A stretch of 64,000 nucleotides of DNA from Octopus vulgaris (taxonomy: Eukaryota): assembly GCA_951406725.2 (NCBI GenBank), contig OX597834.1:558001-622000 (forward strand). Reading direction: 5' to 3'. How positions within the stretch are numbered: position 1 is the stretch's first letter; each line of letters starts with the position of its first letter. A program made the translations under genes and the position numbers. Below are positions 37,101-52,867 of the stretch, in pieces. Under the pieces are notes generated by a model, which did no database searches, was not told the DNA's origin, and saw nothing but the letters and a program-made list of their open reading frames with translations.

Positions 37101-40100
37101 AGGTGTGGATTGTGTGGTGAGGGTGTGGTTTGTGTGGTGAGGATGTGGTTGGTGTGGTGAGGATGTGGCTGGAGTGGTGGGGATGTGGTTGGTGTTGTGA
37201 GTATGTGGTTGGTGTGGTGAGGATGTGGCTGGAGTGGTGGGGATGTGGTTGGTGTTGTGAGGATGTGGCTGGTGTGGTGAGGGTTTGGCTGGTGTGGTGC
37301 AGGTTTGGTTTGTGTGGTAAGGGTGTGGCTGGTGTGGTGAGGATGTGGTTGGTGTTGTGAGGATGTGGTTGGTGTGGTGAGGGTTTGGCTGGTGTGGTAA
37401 AGGTGTGGTTTGTGTGGTAAGGGTGTGGCTGGTGTGGTGAGGATGTGGTTGGTGTTGTGAGGATGTGGTTGGTGTGGTGAGGGTTTGGCTGGTGTGGTAA
37501 AGGCGTGGTTTGTGTGGTAAGGGTGTGGCTGGTGTGGTGAGGATGTGGTTGGTGTGGTTGGTGTGGTGAGGATGTGGCTGGTGTGGTGAGGGTGTGGCTG
37601 GTGTGGTGCGGGTGTGGTTTGTGTGGTAAGGGTGTGGCTTGTGTGGTGAGGATGTGGTTGGTGTGGTGAGGATGTGGCTGGTGTGGTGAGGGTGTGGCTG
37701 GTGTGGTAAAGGGTGTGGTTTGTGTAGTAAGGGTGTGGCTGGTTTGGTGAGGATGTGGCTGGTGTGGTGAGGGTTTGGCTGGTGTGGTGCGGGTGTGGTT
37801 TGTGTGGTAAGGGTGTGGCTGGTGTGGTAAAGGTGTGGTTTGTGTGGTGAGGGTGTGGTTTGTGTGGTGAGGATGTGGTTGGTGTGGTGCGGGTGTGGTT
37901 TGTGTGGTGAGGGTGTGGCTTGTGTGGTAAGGAAGTGGCTGGTGTGGTGAGGGTGTGGCTGGTGTGGTTTGTGTGGTAAAGGTGTGGATTGTGTGGTGAG
38001 GGTGTGGTTTATGTGGTGACGATGTGGCTTACGTGGTGAGGATGTGGCTTGTGTGGTAAGGATGTTGCTGGTGTGGTGAGTGTGTGGTTGATGTGCTGCG
38101 GGTGTGGCTGGTTTTGTGAGGGTGTGGTTTGTGTAGTAAGGGTGTGGTCGGTGTGGTGCGGGTGTGGTTTGTGTGGTGAGGGTGTGGTTTGTGTGGTGAG
38201 GCTGTGACTCGTGTGGTGAGGGTGTGGTTTGTGTGGTAAGGGTGTGGCTGGTGTGGTGAGGATGTGGGTGGTGTGTCGAGGGTGTGGTTTGTATGGTTAG
38301 GGTGTGGTTTGTGTGGTGAGGGTGTGGCTTGTGTGGTGAGGATGTGGCTGGTTTGGTGCGGGTGTGGCTGGTGTGGTGAGGGTGTGACTTGTGTGATGAG
38401 GATGTGGGTGGTGTGGTGAGGATATGGGTGGTGTGGTGAGGATGTGGGTGGTGTGGTGAGGGTGTGGTTTGTGTGGTGAGGATGTGCGTGGTGTGTTGGG
38501 GGTGTGGTTTGTGTGGTGAGTGTGTGGCTGGTGTGGTGAGGGTGTGGTTTGTGTAGTAAGGGTGTTGCTGGTGTGGTGAGGGTGTGGCTGGTGTGGTGAG
38601 GGTGTGGCTGGTGTGGTGAGGATGCGGCTTGTGTGGTGAGGGTGTGGTTTGTGTAGTAAGGGTGTGGCTGGTGTGGTGAGGATGTGGCTGGTGTGGTGAG
38701 GGTACGGCTGGTGTGGTGAGGGTGTGGTTTGTGTGGTGAGGATGTGGCTGGTGTGGTGAGTATGTGGCTGGTGTGGTGAGGATGTGGCTTGTGTGGTGAG
38801 GATGTTGCTGGTGTGATGAGGGTGTGGCTGGTGTGGTGCGGGTGTGGATGTGGCTGGTGTGGTAAGGGTGTGGTTTGTGTGGTGAGGATGTGGTTGGTGT
38901 GGTGAGGATGTGGCTGGTGTGGTGAGGATGTGGCTGGTGTGGTGAGGATGTGGTTGGTGTGGTGCGGGTGTGGCTGGTGTGGTGAGGGTGTGGTTTGTGT
39001 GGTGAGGATGTGGTTAGTGTGGTGCGGGTTTGGTTGGTGTGGTGCGGGTGTGGTTTGTGTGGTGAGGATGTGGCTGGTGTGGTGAGGATGTGGCTGGTGT
39101 GGTGAGGATGTGGTTGGTGTGGTGCGGGTGTTGCTGGTGTGGTGAGGATGTGGTTGGTGTGGTGAGGGTTTGGTTTGTGTGGTAAGGGTGTGGCTGGTGT
39201 GGTGAGGATGTGGCTGGTGTGGTGCGGGAGTTGCTGGGATGGTAAAGGTGTGGATTGTGTGGTGAGGGTGTGGCTTGTGTGGTGAGGATGTGACTAGTGT
39301 GGTTATGAAGGGGCTGGTGTGGTGCGGGTGTGGTTTGTGTGGTGAGGATGTGGTTGGTGTGGTGAGGATGTGGCTGGAGTGGTGGGGATGTGGTTGGTGT
39401 TGTGAGTATGTGGTTGGTGTGGTGAGGATGTGGCTGGAGTGGTGGGGATGTGGTTGGTGTTGTGAGGATGTGGCTGGTGTGGTGAGGGTTTGGCTGGTGT
39501 GGTGCGGGTTTGGTTTGTGTGGTAAGGGTGTGGCTGGTGTGGTGAGGATGTGGTTGGTGTTGTGAGGATGTGGTTGGTGTGGTGAGGGTTTGGCTGGTGT
39601 GGTAAAGGTGTGGTTTGTGTGGTAAGGGTGTGGCTGGTGTGGTGAGGATGTGTTTGGTGTTGTGAGAATGTGGTTGGTGTGGTGAGGGTTTGGCTGGTGT
39701 GGTAAAGGCGTGGTTTGTGTGGTAAGGGTGTGGCTGGTGTGGTGAGGATGTGGTTGGTGTGGTTGGTGTGGTGAGGATGTGGCTGGTGTGGTGAGGGTGT
39801 GGCTGGTGTGGTGCGGGTGTGGTTTGTGTGGTAAGGGTGTGGCTTGTGTGGTGAGGATGTGGTTGGTGTGGTGAGGATGTGGCTGGTGTGGTGAGGGTGT
39901 GGCTGGTGTGGTAAAGGTGTGGTTTGTGTAGTAAGGGTGTGGCTGGTTTGGTGAGGATGTGGCTGGTGTGGTGAGGGTTTGGCTGGTGTGGTGCGGGTGT
40001 GGTTTGTGTGGTAAGGGTGTGGCTGGTGTGGTGCGGGTGTGGTTTGTGTGGTGAGGGTGTGGTTTGTGTGGTGAGGATGTGGTTGGTGTGGTGCGGGTGT

Positions 40101-41237
40101 GGTTTGTGTGGTGAGGGTGTGGCTTGTGTGGTAAGGATGTGGCTGGTGTGGTGAGGGTGTGGCTGGTGTGGTTTGTGTGGTAAAGGTGTGGATTGTGTGG
40201 TGAGGGTGTTGTTTATGTGGTGACGATGTGGCTTACGTGGTGAGGATGTGGCTTGTGTGGTAAGGATGTTGCTGGTGTGGTGAGTGTGTGGTTGGTGTGC
40301 TGCGGGTGTGGCTGGTTTGTGAGGGTGTGGTTTGTGTAGTAAGGGTGTGGTCGGTGTGGTGCGGGTGTGGTTTGTGTGGTGAGGGTGTGGTTTGTGTGGT
40401 GAGGCTGTGACTCGTGTGGTGAGGGTGTGGTTTGTGTGGTAAGGGTGTGGCTGGTGTGGTGAGGATGTGGGTGGTGTGTCGAGGGTGTGGTTTGTATGGT
40501 TAGGGTGTGGTTTGTGTGGTGAGGGTGTGGCTTGTGTGGTGAGGATGTGGCTGGTTTGGTGCGGGTGTGGCTGGTGTGGTGAGGGTGTGACTTGTGTGAT
40601 GAGGATGTGGGTGGTGTGGTGAGGATATGGGTGGTGTGGTGAGGATGTGGGTGGTGTGGTGAGGGTGTGGTTTGTGTGGTGAGGATGTGCGTGGTGTGTT
40701 GGGGGTGTGGTTTGTGTGGTGAGTGTGTGGCTGGTGTGGTGAGGGTGTGGTTTGTGTAGTAAGGGTGTTGCTGGTGTGGTGAGGGTGTGGCTGGTGTGGT
40801 GAGGGTGTGGCTGGTGTGGTGAGGATGCGGCTTGTGTGGTGAGGGTGTGGTTTGTGTAGTAAGGGTGTGGCTGGTGTGGTGAGGATGTGGCTGGTGTGGT
40901 GAGGGTACGGCTGGTGTGGTGAGGGTGTGGTTTGTGTGGTGAGGATGTGGCTGGTGTGGTGAGTATGTGGCTGGTGTGGTGAGGATGTGGCTTGTGTGGT
41001 GAGGATGTTGCTGGTGTGATGAGGGTGTGGCTGGTGTGGTGCGGGTGTGGATGTGGCTGGTGTGGTAAGGGTGTGGTTTGTGTGGTGAGGATGTGGTTGG
41101 TGTGGTGAGGATGTGGCTGGTGTGGTGAGGATGTGGCTGGTGTGGTGAGGATGTGGCTGGTGTGGTGAGGATGTGGTTGGTGTGGTGCGGGTTTGGTTGG
41201 TGTGGTGCGGGTGTTGTTTGTGAGGTGAGGGTGTTGG
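34187..41237. repeat. ~7-kb G-rich minisatellite, 20-bp unit (G/T)GTGTGGTGAGG(G/A)TGTGG(C/T)T, about 350 units, with ~2.2-kb higher-order duplication
   Basis: 20-bp register is visible throughout; rare variants recur 2203 bp apart (ggtacggctg at 38701 and 40904; gaggctgtgactc at 38198 and 40401). Confidence 0.97.
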
Positions 41238-41271
41238 TTTTTAAGCAACGATGGAGATGGCGGCTGCAAGA

Positions 41272-41406
41272 TTGGCCGTGTGGTTAATTTTACTTTGTAA
41301 ATACATGGTTACAGGTTCAACCGTACTGTGTCCGTTTGAGTAAGTGTGTTCTACTGTAGCCTGGAGACAAGGAAAGTTTTATGAGTAAAATATGGTTGAC
41401 AGAAAC
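41272..41406 (+). mobile_element. SINE family B head, degenerate
   Basis: tggccgtgtggtt...catggttacaggttcaa...aagtgtgttctactgtagcc...ggttgacagaaac. Confidence 0.55.
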
Positions 41407-41769
41407 ACACTTCATTGCTCTATTAGCAGCCCCTAATCCTTGGGTGCCCCTAGCAGAGTGAACTCTACTCCAAACAATCAGACAATCAATGTCAGTCTTC
41501 TGATGTCTTGGATAATTTCACCTTTCCTTTGAGCAGGTGGGAAGTGTCGTGAATACTGCCCCCTCCTCCTCTCATGTAAAATAAGCTTAAGCTGTGGATT
41601 AGGATAGAAACCTTATCTGCCGCTTTGGACAGGAAAGTGTTTCTAATGAAAGAAGCTGGGTCACTGAGAAAACAATTGTTGGCAGAGATCAATGTTAATT
41701 GATATTGAATAGAAGACGATCGGATGTTCGAACAACAATAATATCATCGCATGAAAGAGAATACACATG

Positions 41770-41817
<48 letters not shown>

Positions 41818-41818
41818 T

Positions 41819-41863
<45 letters not shown>

Positions 41864-42563
41864 AATATACAAATCATGATTGAGAGACTTATAGGAAGGA
41901 GAGAGAATTAACCAGGCAGAAAGAATAAGGAAAGAGAGAGAGAGAGAGAGAGAGAATGAAAAGGGAAGAGGAAGGGGAGTGAAAGGGAGAGAGAAGGGGA
42001 GAGAAAGGAAGGAAGAGGATGATATTGAATTGAAGTGATGACTACTCAGTGGTTGATCCTGAAATGACACTGGAGGACAGTTTGATCAACTGGAATGAAG
42101 TGAAACTTAATCAATAATATCCAAGTGATTGAGACAGACTGTGGCGGCGACACGTCTTTCATTATCGATTCCTTTATGAGAGCAGAAAGAAAGAGATGTG
42201 TACTGTTTAGATTAAAATTTCTCAGTCATGCAATGAAAAGATGTCGCCATTGTGTAGAATGCATGGATGTTGTTGACAAGGCGGAGAGAAGAGCGTTGGG
42301 TGACGTTACTCGAAGAATCTAGTAATCTACAATATGTCAGCAATTAGAGATTTCTCCATGAACTTTTGTTATTATAAATGGGAGTCAAAGACAACAGCAA
42401 CCGTTTGTGACACGGCGATTCCTGTCAGAAATTTCTTGCGATTTGTGGTAATCTCAACATTTTTTTGCCTCTCGTCATGCAAACGACAATCCCAGATTTC
42501 GATCGAAAGTTTGTATGTCAAGAGGACAAAGCTCTGAGCTTTAGGGACTGTCAGCATGTGAGT

Positions 42564-42603
<40 letters not shown>

Positions 42604-42842
42604 GAGAAAGAGAGTGGGTGCGAGACACTTGTTATTTCTCTGTTAGATGAAAAACCAGAGATCCGAAATGATAGTATTCTCTCACCCCAAATAGGAGTTC
42701 TTCCTTATAATCGTTTCTCACACTATGCATTTTAGTGTCCAACCTTCATTCCGGACACCGTAGCACCAAAGAATCCCCTGTCCTCCCTCAATTTAATTAA
42801 TGAAATTAACCTCAGAACAGTGAGGTATTAAACATACCTTAA

Positions 42843-42878
<36 letters not shown>

Positions 42879-43013
42879 GAAAAAATGAAAAGGGACACAT
42901 GAGTTGATGTATATAAAGAAAATAAGTCAAGGTAGAAAATGCTAAAATAATTTTACCATGAACATTTTAGTTTCAGCCATTGAGACTTTTTCAACTGAGA
43001 GTTGACTTATATT

Positions 43014-43050
<37 letters not shown>

Positions 43051-43484
43051 CGTATACACCATAAGGCAGATATGTGTGTGTGTATGCATTTGTGCACACA
43101 CGTACACATACGAAAACACTGCTACCTCTAAAGTAGACACCAGATGGCGCAAGGACACTTAGAATGTCGTAAGGTGTCTCCGTTGAAGTATTGTTGATTC
43201 TTGTCCATTGAAAGTCAATTGACGCCTGACGCCGGCATTACTGCATGGCTTAAGACGTTCGCTGCTTAGCATCCTGAGGTTGCCGAGTTCGATTCCACTG
43301 TGCGGTGCCTTCTAACTTCCATTTACCCCCTCCACACACACACATACATACATATAAATAAATGTAAGATGAGATGGTAATATGAAAATACAATAACGAG
43401 TGGAAAGCGAGTTATCAGCCGTACAGCCAAATTAATAGAATATATACATACAATATAATATATACACTTCTGTATAACTGAGAG

Positions 43485-45021
<1,537 letters not shown>

Positions 45022-45248
45022 CTGTAATAACTGCGTGTTGTTACTACAAAACCGATGGTTTCATATGAATACATTCGCAATTATTTAATCGTATTTTTAG
45101 TAATAGTGGTAGTTTAGCCTTTTGTCAGATTGAGTGCAGACGAGATTTCAGTTGGCGTACAGACGAAAGGGGATACATGGAGGCAATCATTCAAGGTCAT
45201 TTACTTTGTTTCATGGCAGTGCTAACCGGTGACACTGACAAAATTATG

Positions 45249-45320
<72 letters not shown>

Positions 45321-46189
45321 CACACATACACATAGATACACACACACATTATAAGATATCATTATGTATTATGAAATGTTATTATTGTTCATTGGTATAC
45401 TGCATGAGAATTTTGTCCTTTGTACATGCACAAACACACACACATTAAGAAATTGCAGTATACACGCAATGGGTGCTTAATATTTTTGGCAATATAATGT
45501 ATTGTAGCAATTAAGTTGGTGTGCATGTATTAAATTGAATCAAATTAATTGAGTTGTGTAATCTATTGTATGTGATAATTGCATGTGCGTTATAGTGTAT
45601 GGATGTGTAAAAATGGAGGCATACACATGTGTTTAGCGTTTGCATGACACTGGCGTATTAAAGCTTTTCGTGTTTGGTCCATACCTAAGTGTAAACTTAT
45701 GCACCGTCACATGCAGAAATGCTGCAGCCTTTCGATGTGGGTTAGGATCACCTTTTGCTCACTTGATTATTGTTTACAATTTGTGAGCGGAGGATAGATT
45801 TGCAGTGTGATGTTCGCTAAGTGGTCACAATAATAATAATAAATATATCAATAAAATGGGGTTGATAGCTTTTGAGACGGCATCATGAAATAAAGGGTAA
45901 TCTGTATTTGTTCCTCTTTAATGGATAGTGATGGTGGGCGTAACATTGTGGTCACATCCACAACCGTTCCTTTTCGTTGCTGGTGTGAATGTAACAATTA
46001 TGAATCTGTATTCAGTTTGCATTATGTACAAAAATAATCAACAACAGAAGCCTCTTGCAATATTTGTTTCCCACCGAGTGACAAACACTTCCTTGTCACT
46101 CTCGTCACCAGAAATACAGTGAACCAGTTATTGGCCGGCCAAAAACTTGTAACCAATGCCAACGCTAACAGCTAGATGAAATGATATTA

Positions 46190-46580
46190 CAGCGTGGCTG
46201 TGTGGCAAGAAGTTTGCTTCTCAGCAGCATGGTTCCGGGTTCAGTCCTACTACGTGGCATCTCGGGCAAATGTCTGCTACTATAGCCTTGTGAGTAGATT
46301 TGGTAGAAGAAACTGAGAGAAGCCCGTCGTATACATACATATGTATATATATTTATTTATGTATGTGTCTTTGTGTCTGTCCACCCCCTGCCATCGCTTA
46401 ACAACCGATGCTGGTGTGTTATGTCCCCGTAACTTAGAGGTTCGGCAAAAGTTATCGATTGAATAAGTGCTAGGCTTACGAAGAATAAATCCTGGGGTCA
46501 ATTTGTATGACTAAAACCCTTTAAGGCAGTGATCCAGCATGGCCGTAGTCAAATGACGGAAACAAGTAAAAGAATAAAAG
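46190..46580 (+). mobile_element. SINE family B (tRNA head, CORE-like segment, internal microsatellite), full length
   Basis: A-box tggctgtgtgg, B-box ggttcagtcc, gtggcatctcgggcaaatgtc (CORE-like), (TA/TATG) spacer, tail cagcatggccgtagtcaaatgacggaaacaagtaaaagaataaaag. Confidence 0.85.
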
Positions 46581-47209
46581 AGCACACACACACACACACA
46601 TAAAATTAAATGGTGCTTAAAGAGGAAACCCTAAATTTAGGAATGAACATACACATTCTTCGCGTATACACAGACACACACACATATTGAATATGCATGA
46701 ATATATGACATAAATGTACATACATAATAATACCTATGTGCATATATGTGAGTGTAAATATGTGTGTGTAGATTTATATACACACACTCTCACACACACA
46801 CACATATATATGCCAGGTATCGAATCCAGAACCAGCAGAACCAATCTACAAGAATATTTTAAATATTGATTTTTGTCTCTAATCGGTTTTGGTTCTGCCT
46901 CCAATTTATCTCGAACTCTGCTCTTTTCTCTTCTTTGCTCTCTGCTGCTGTCTCTGCGTGAACAGCCACACAAAAGCCTCCCATTATATTATATGCCATC
47001 ATGTGCAGATGACATTAACAAGTTTTTATCATGGAATTTTATTACAGCTATTTCCATTTCACGCAAGATTCAGAAGACATTAACATGAATACAATGATGT
47101 GTGAATTAAAGATAAGAGTATTTTGGCAGATGTAGCTGTCACCAGACAAGTTTCAAAGAGATACCAAACGATTCCGTACATTTTTTTTAGATGATTTACT
47201 TACAAAAGG

Positions 47210-47220
47210 TATATGCATAC

Positions 47221-47254
<34 letters not shown>

Positions 47255-47619
47255 GCATAGATGTTAATATAAATATACATATACATACATATATGTGTAT
47301 ATATATACATACATGTATATATATATATACATATACATACATATATGTGTATATATACATACATGTATATATATATATATGCATAGATGTTTATATAAAT
47401 ATACATATGCATACATATATGTGTATATATATACATACATGTATATATATATATGCATAGATGTTTATATAAATATACATATACATACATATATGTGTAT
47501 ATATACATACATGTATATATATATATATATGCATACATATATACATGTATATATATATATATATATATGCATACATATATATATATATATATATGCATAC
47601 ATATATATATATATATATG

Positions 47620-47671
<52 letters not shown>

Positions 47672-47775
47672 TGTATATATATATATATATGCATACCTGT
47701 ATATATACATATATATGCATACATATATATATATATATATACACATATACATGTATATATATATATATGCATACC

Positions 47776-47823
<48 letters not shown>

Positions 47824-47845
47824 TGTATATATATATATGCATACC

Positions 47846-47893
<48 letters not shown>
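47210..47893. repeat. Compound (TA)/(TACA) array with higher-order units
   Basis: gcatagatgttWatataaatatacat occurs three times and gcatacctgtatatatacat three times. Confidence 0.9.
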
Positions 47894-47896
<3 letters not shown>

Positions 47897-48012
47897 TTCC
47901 TTCTTCCTTTGACTGACCAGGCTATCAGATGTTGTTACACATCGCCGGTCACAATGCGCTTCGCATTGTTTTAGCCTTCATATGACGCCACCCCGCTGGC
48001 TAAGCGAGCAGG

Positions 48013-48684
<672 letters not shown>

Positions 48685-50508
48685 GACTTATTTTTGTAAA
48701 GCAAGCTGAAAGTAGAAGGGCTAGAACTCATGAATTCATTTTTAGGTTTTCCAAAATGAAGGAGAGGAAATTCTTTCAAACTTGCAGATAAGGTTAAGTT
48801 CTAATGATTATTATTGTTAAAGGAACCGGTATGTGAAGAGTTGGTGATGGTGGTGGTGGTGGTATTAAACTGAGTAACAGATGAAGACCTCGAACTCGAA
48901 ACAAGAATGTCGTGTTGGGTTTTGCACTCTTTTTGTCTATCAAATATCAATGGTAAGAGACGTGTTTTCCCGCTGTTAGAGGAGATAGTCATTGTCCTTA
49001 TACAGCGCAACGGGACCCACCCCAAAACAACGAAATTGTGACGCAATATTTTTAATCACACAACTACACATGTACCCACACTTCACAGTAGAAAATATGC
49101 CAAAACATATCACTTAATTCCAAAGAACTAACACAGCGAAAAGTTAGTGAGGGCAAAACTACTTTGCGACGAGTTGAGGCTATCATATTTCATAAACAGT
49201 GGTGTCTTTCAAACTTCCTTATCAGTGAAGCGTACAACGTTTAATAATCTTTGAATGCTACCATACATTATCAAACTTTATTATCAGTACAGGCCACTGT
49301 AATCAATGAAAGTTACCTCAGTTAAATATACGCTAAAGGCTAGCATACTTAGGATAGTGAGCTGAAAAAAAGACTATATTTTAAATTCAAGTATGTTAGT
49401 TTTTAACAATAAGTTTTTCTTGTAGAGAAAACTTTCAAAATATTTTAAACGACATTGCGTCAAATTCCCTTTTTTCATAATTTTTCAGACAACAATAAAA
49501 GTAGCACGTGAGTGAACTGGGATTCGCTGAAGAGGTCTCACATGACTGAAAGATACTTGAGCTTGTCTCTCCATAACGGATGTTACATCTCATACTCTCC
49601 GCTCCGATTCATATCACCGTGTAATTTTAGGTCAATTGAAATATTGTGAATTATCTCTCTTACCCCTATTGAGTAGATTTCATTAAAATTTATGATTTCT
49701 TCTAATTACGGTTATAATTTCAATCGATGAAACTTTATCTTCCACTGCTCACTTTTAGGGAATTAGCCTGCACTTAACTATATGTTTTTAATGCTGAATG
49801 TACCTTTAACAAATTCTCCAAGCGCAGTAAAACAGTCCGATCTGGAATTAGAGACATAACGACATCGCATAGAGAAGAACCGAGGGCGGAGAGCATAAGG
49901 TGGTCGCTGGAATTTCTAGAAAGAGTAGAGTGTTCTCCCTCCGTTTAGGTAAATCATATGAGACAATGCCATGTCACTGGTGAATGGTCTGTTCAATTGA
50001 GGCTGGTTTGGAGATAAACAACAACAAGAACTGCAACAACGTTAACAACAACAATAATGAAGCAAAGCATCAATAATGACATCGACAATGGCAACAACCG
50101 CTGCAGAGACAACTGCAACAAGAACAACATCATTAACAGGGACAACAACAACAACAACAACAGCAACAATAACCACCACCACCACCACCTCCACAGCAGC
50201 ACCAAGGATCACAATCGCAAAAAAGACACAAACACATCAAGGAGAAATGTTTACATTGGTTCTATGGAATCGTTTATTAAAAGGTCAATCGCTGGCGATC
50301 TCTTAGGTTCCCTCTCCCTCTCTCTGTCTGTCTGTCTCTCTCTCTTTCCCTCCCTCTCTCTATCTCTTTGTCTATCTATTTTTGTCTGTATGTGTATATG
50401 TGCATATATATGTATGCTATGTATGCAGATGTGTGTATGTGTATGCATGTATATATATGTGAATATATTTACGTATGTCTGCATAAGCGCTGTATATGTA
50501 CGTGTGTG

Positions 50509-50550
<42 letters not shown>

Positions 50551-50612
50551 TATATGTCTATCTGCATGCGGGCGGGTGTGTGTGTATGTATGTATGTATA
50601 TCTATCTATCTG

Positions 50613-50693
<81 letters not shown>

Positions 50694-51325
50694 GCACATG
50701 TGTGTAGGAGTATGTATGACATTGTCATATTAAGTAACAAACAACATCAATTCTTGATGTATAGAAGTTATTCCTACTTCCTTAGAAGGTAAAACAATCG
50801 CTTGGTTACAATAGGAACCAACTTCAATCGAGGAGATAATCTCAAGAATCAAAACTTCTTCATAATTCATGCCATTAATGGAAAGACAATTCAGTTATTC
50901 GGAGGCTGGAAGACTGGCATGTACACGTGTTTCTGCCTCAATAAGCGTCATCAGCACGACAGTTATCTTGCCTTGTCTCCAGTATTGGAGATACTTATTC
51001 ATATATCAGAAAGAGAACTCATGGCCTGGGTAACTGGAGCAAATTAAACGAAGATGAACTGAGAAAATTGACTCAGTAGCACGTATTTGAAGGACAAAGA
51101 CAAATACAGGTATATAAAATGGCTTACAATAGAAATTCTTGAAATATTGGAAATATTTCCGATTTCAGAAAAGGTGTACATGTATGTATATACATGTGCA
51201 TTGGTATTTATGTATATAGTTTATAGGTTTGTATATGAGTGCATCTGTATAAATGTTTGCATGAGTGTATGTACAAATATATATATAGCAAAAGAGGGAG
51301 TGGTGTTTCCACGCAGGAAAAAATG

Positions 51326-51884
51326 TAGGAAAATGTGTTGTTGAAAATGAACTTAAATTTCAAAAGCTCCTAAATGTCTAAAATACATTTATTTACATAT
51401 ATATACCAAACTAGTTTCAACAATATTTTTTGCTTATCAATGGTAAAAATGTAAAATGAGAAAAACATCGTTATAAGTTTCAATGTTGACAAATCAAAAT
51501 GTTTCAGAAGGTGTAATTTTGAAATTAAAACTGTATATTAATTTGTTCGGATGTACAAGGTTCATTAATTTCAGTGGTGGTCGACAAGTCATGCTAAAAA
51601 AAAAAAAACAAGTGTGAGAATTAAAATAGTAAAAAAAAAAGGGAAATTTACGGTTTCTCAGATCTTCTTTAAACAGTCGCTTTCGCTTGTGAGTTCATCA
51701 ACATTGAAACATTTTGAATTGAAACATTGAAACTTATAACGATGTTTTTCTAACTTTACACTTTTACCATTGATAAACAAAAATATTGTTGAACCTAGTA
51801 TGGTATATATATATGTAAATAAATGTATTTTAAACATGTACGAGCTTTTGAAATTTATGTGCATTTTCAACAACACATTTTCCT
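51326..51884. repeat. Imperfect inverted repeat, ~180-bp arms (51326-51506 and 51705-51884)
   Basis: taggaaaatgtgttgttgaaaatg...aaaaacatcgttataagtttcaatgtt / aacattgaaacttataacgatgttttt...cattttcaacaacacattttccta. Confidence 0.9.
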
Positions 51885-52515
<631 letters not shown>

Positions 52516-52550
52516 ATGTGTATGTTTGTATTTATATATACATATGTGTA

Positions 52551-52761
52551 GGCGGCAAGCTGGCAGAAACGTTAGCACGCCGGGCGAAATGCTTTGCGGT
52601 ATTTCATCTGTTTTTACGTTCTGGGTTCAAATTCCGCCGAGGTCGACTTTGTCTTTCATCCTTTCGCGGTCAATAAATTAAGTACCAGTTACGTACTGGA
52701 TCGATCTAATCGACTAGCTCCCTCCCCCAAAATTTCGGGTCTTGTGCCTAAAGTAGAAAAG
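52551..52761 (+). mobile_element. SINE family A, full length, tail type 2
   Basis: ggcggcaagctggcagaaacgttagcacgccgggcgaaatgc...gaggtcgactttgtctttcatcc...cttgtgcctaaagtagaaaag. Confidence 0.9.
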
Positions 52762-52798
52762 TATATACATATCTATGTGCAAACACACACACACACAC

Positions 52799-52867
<69 letters not shown>

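Noticed and set aside
34187-41237. CRISPR-like array, telomeric repeat or Chi sites
   Set aside because: There are no unique spacers, the unit is not TTAGGG, and GCTGGTGT is not Chi (GCTGGTGG). The context is eukaryotic.
39014-41269. 751-aa His/Pro/Thr-rich ORF that looks mucin-like
   Set aside because: It is the C-rich strand of the 20-bp satellite, where stop codons are compositionally rare. It has a non-ATG start and no signal peptide, and unit indels ignore frame.
43230-43312. tRNA-like sequence with A and B boxes
   Set aside because: No complete cloverleaf; it resembles the SINE heads elsewhere in the window, so no tRNA gene is called.
48801-49046. Ser/Thr/Asn-rich minus-strand ORF as an upstream exon
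   Set aside because: It ends in a stop with no strong donor site and has no recognisable motif.
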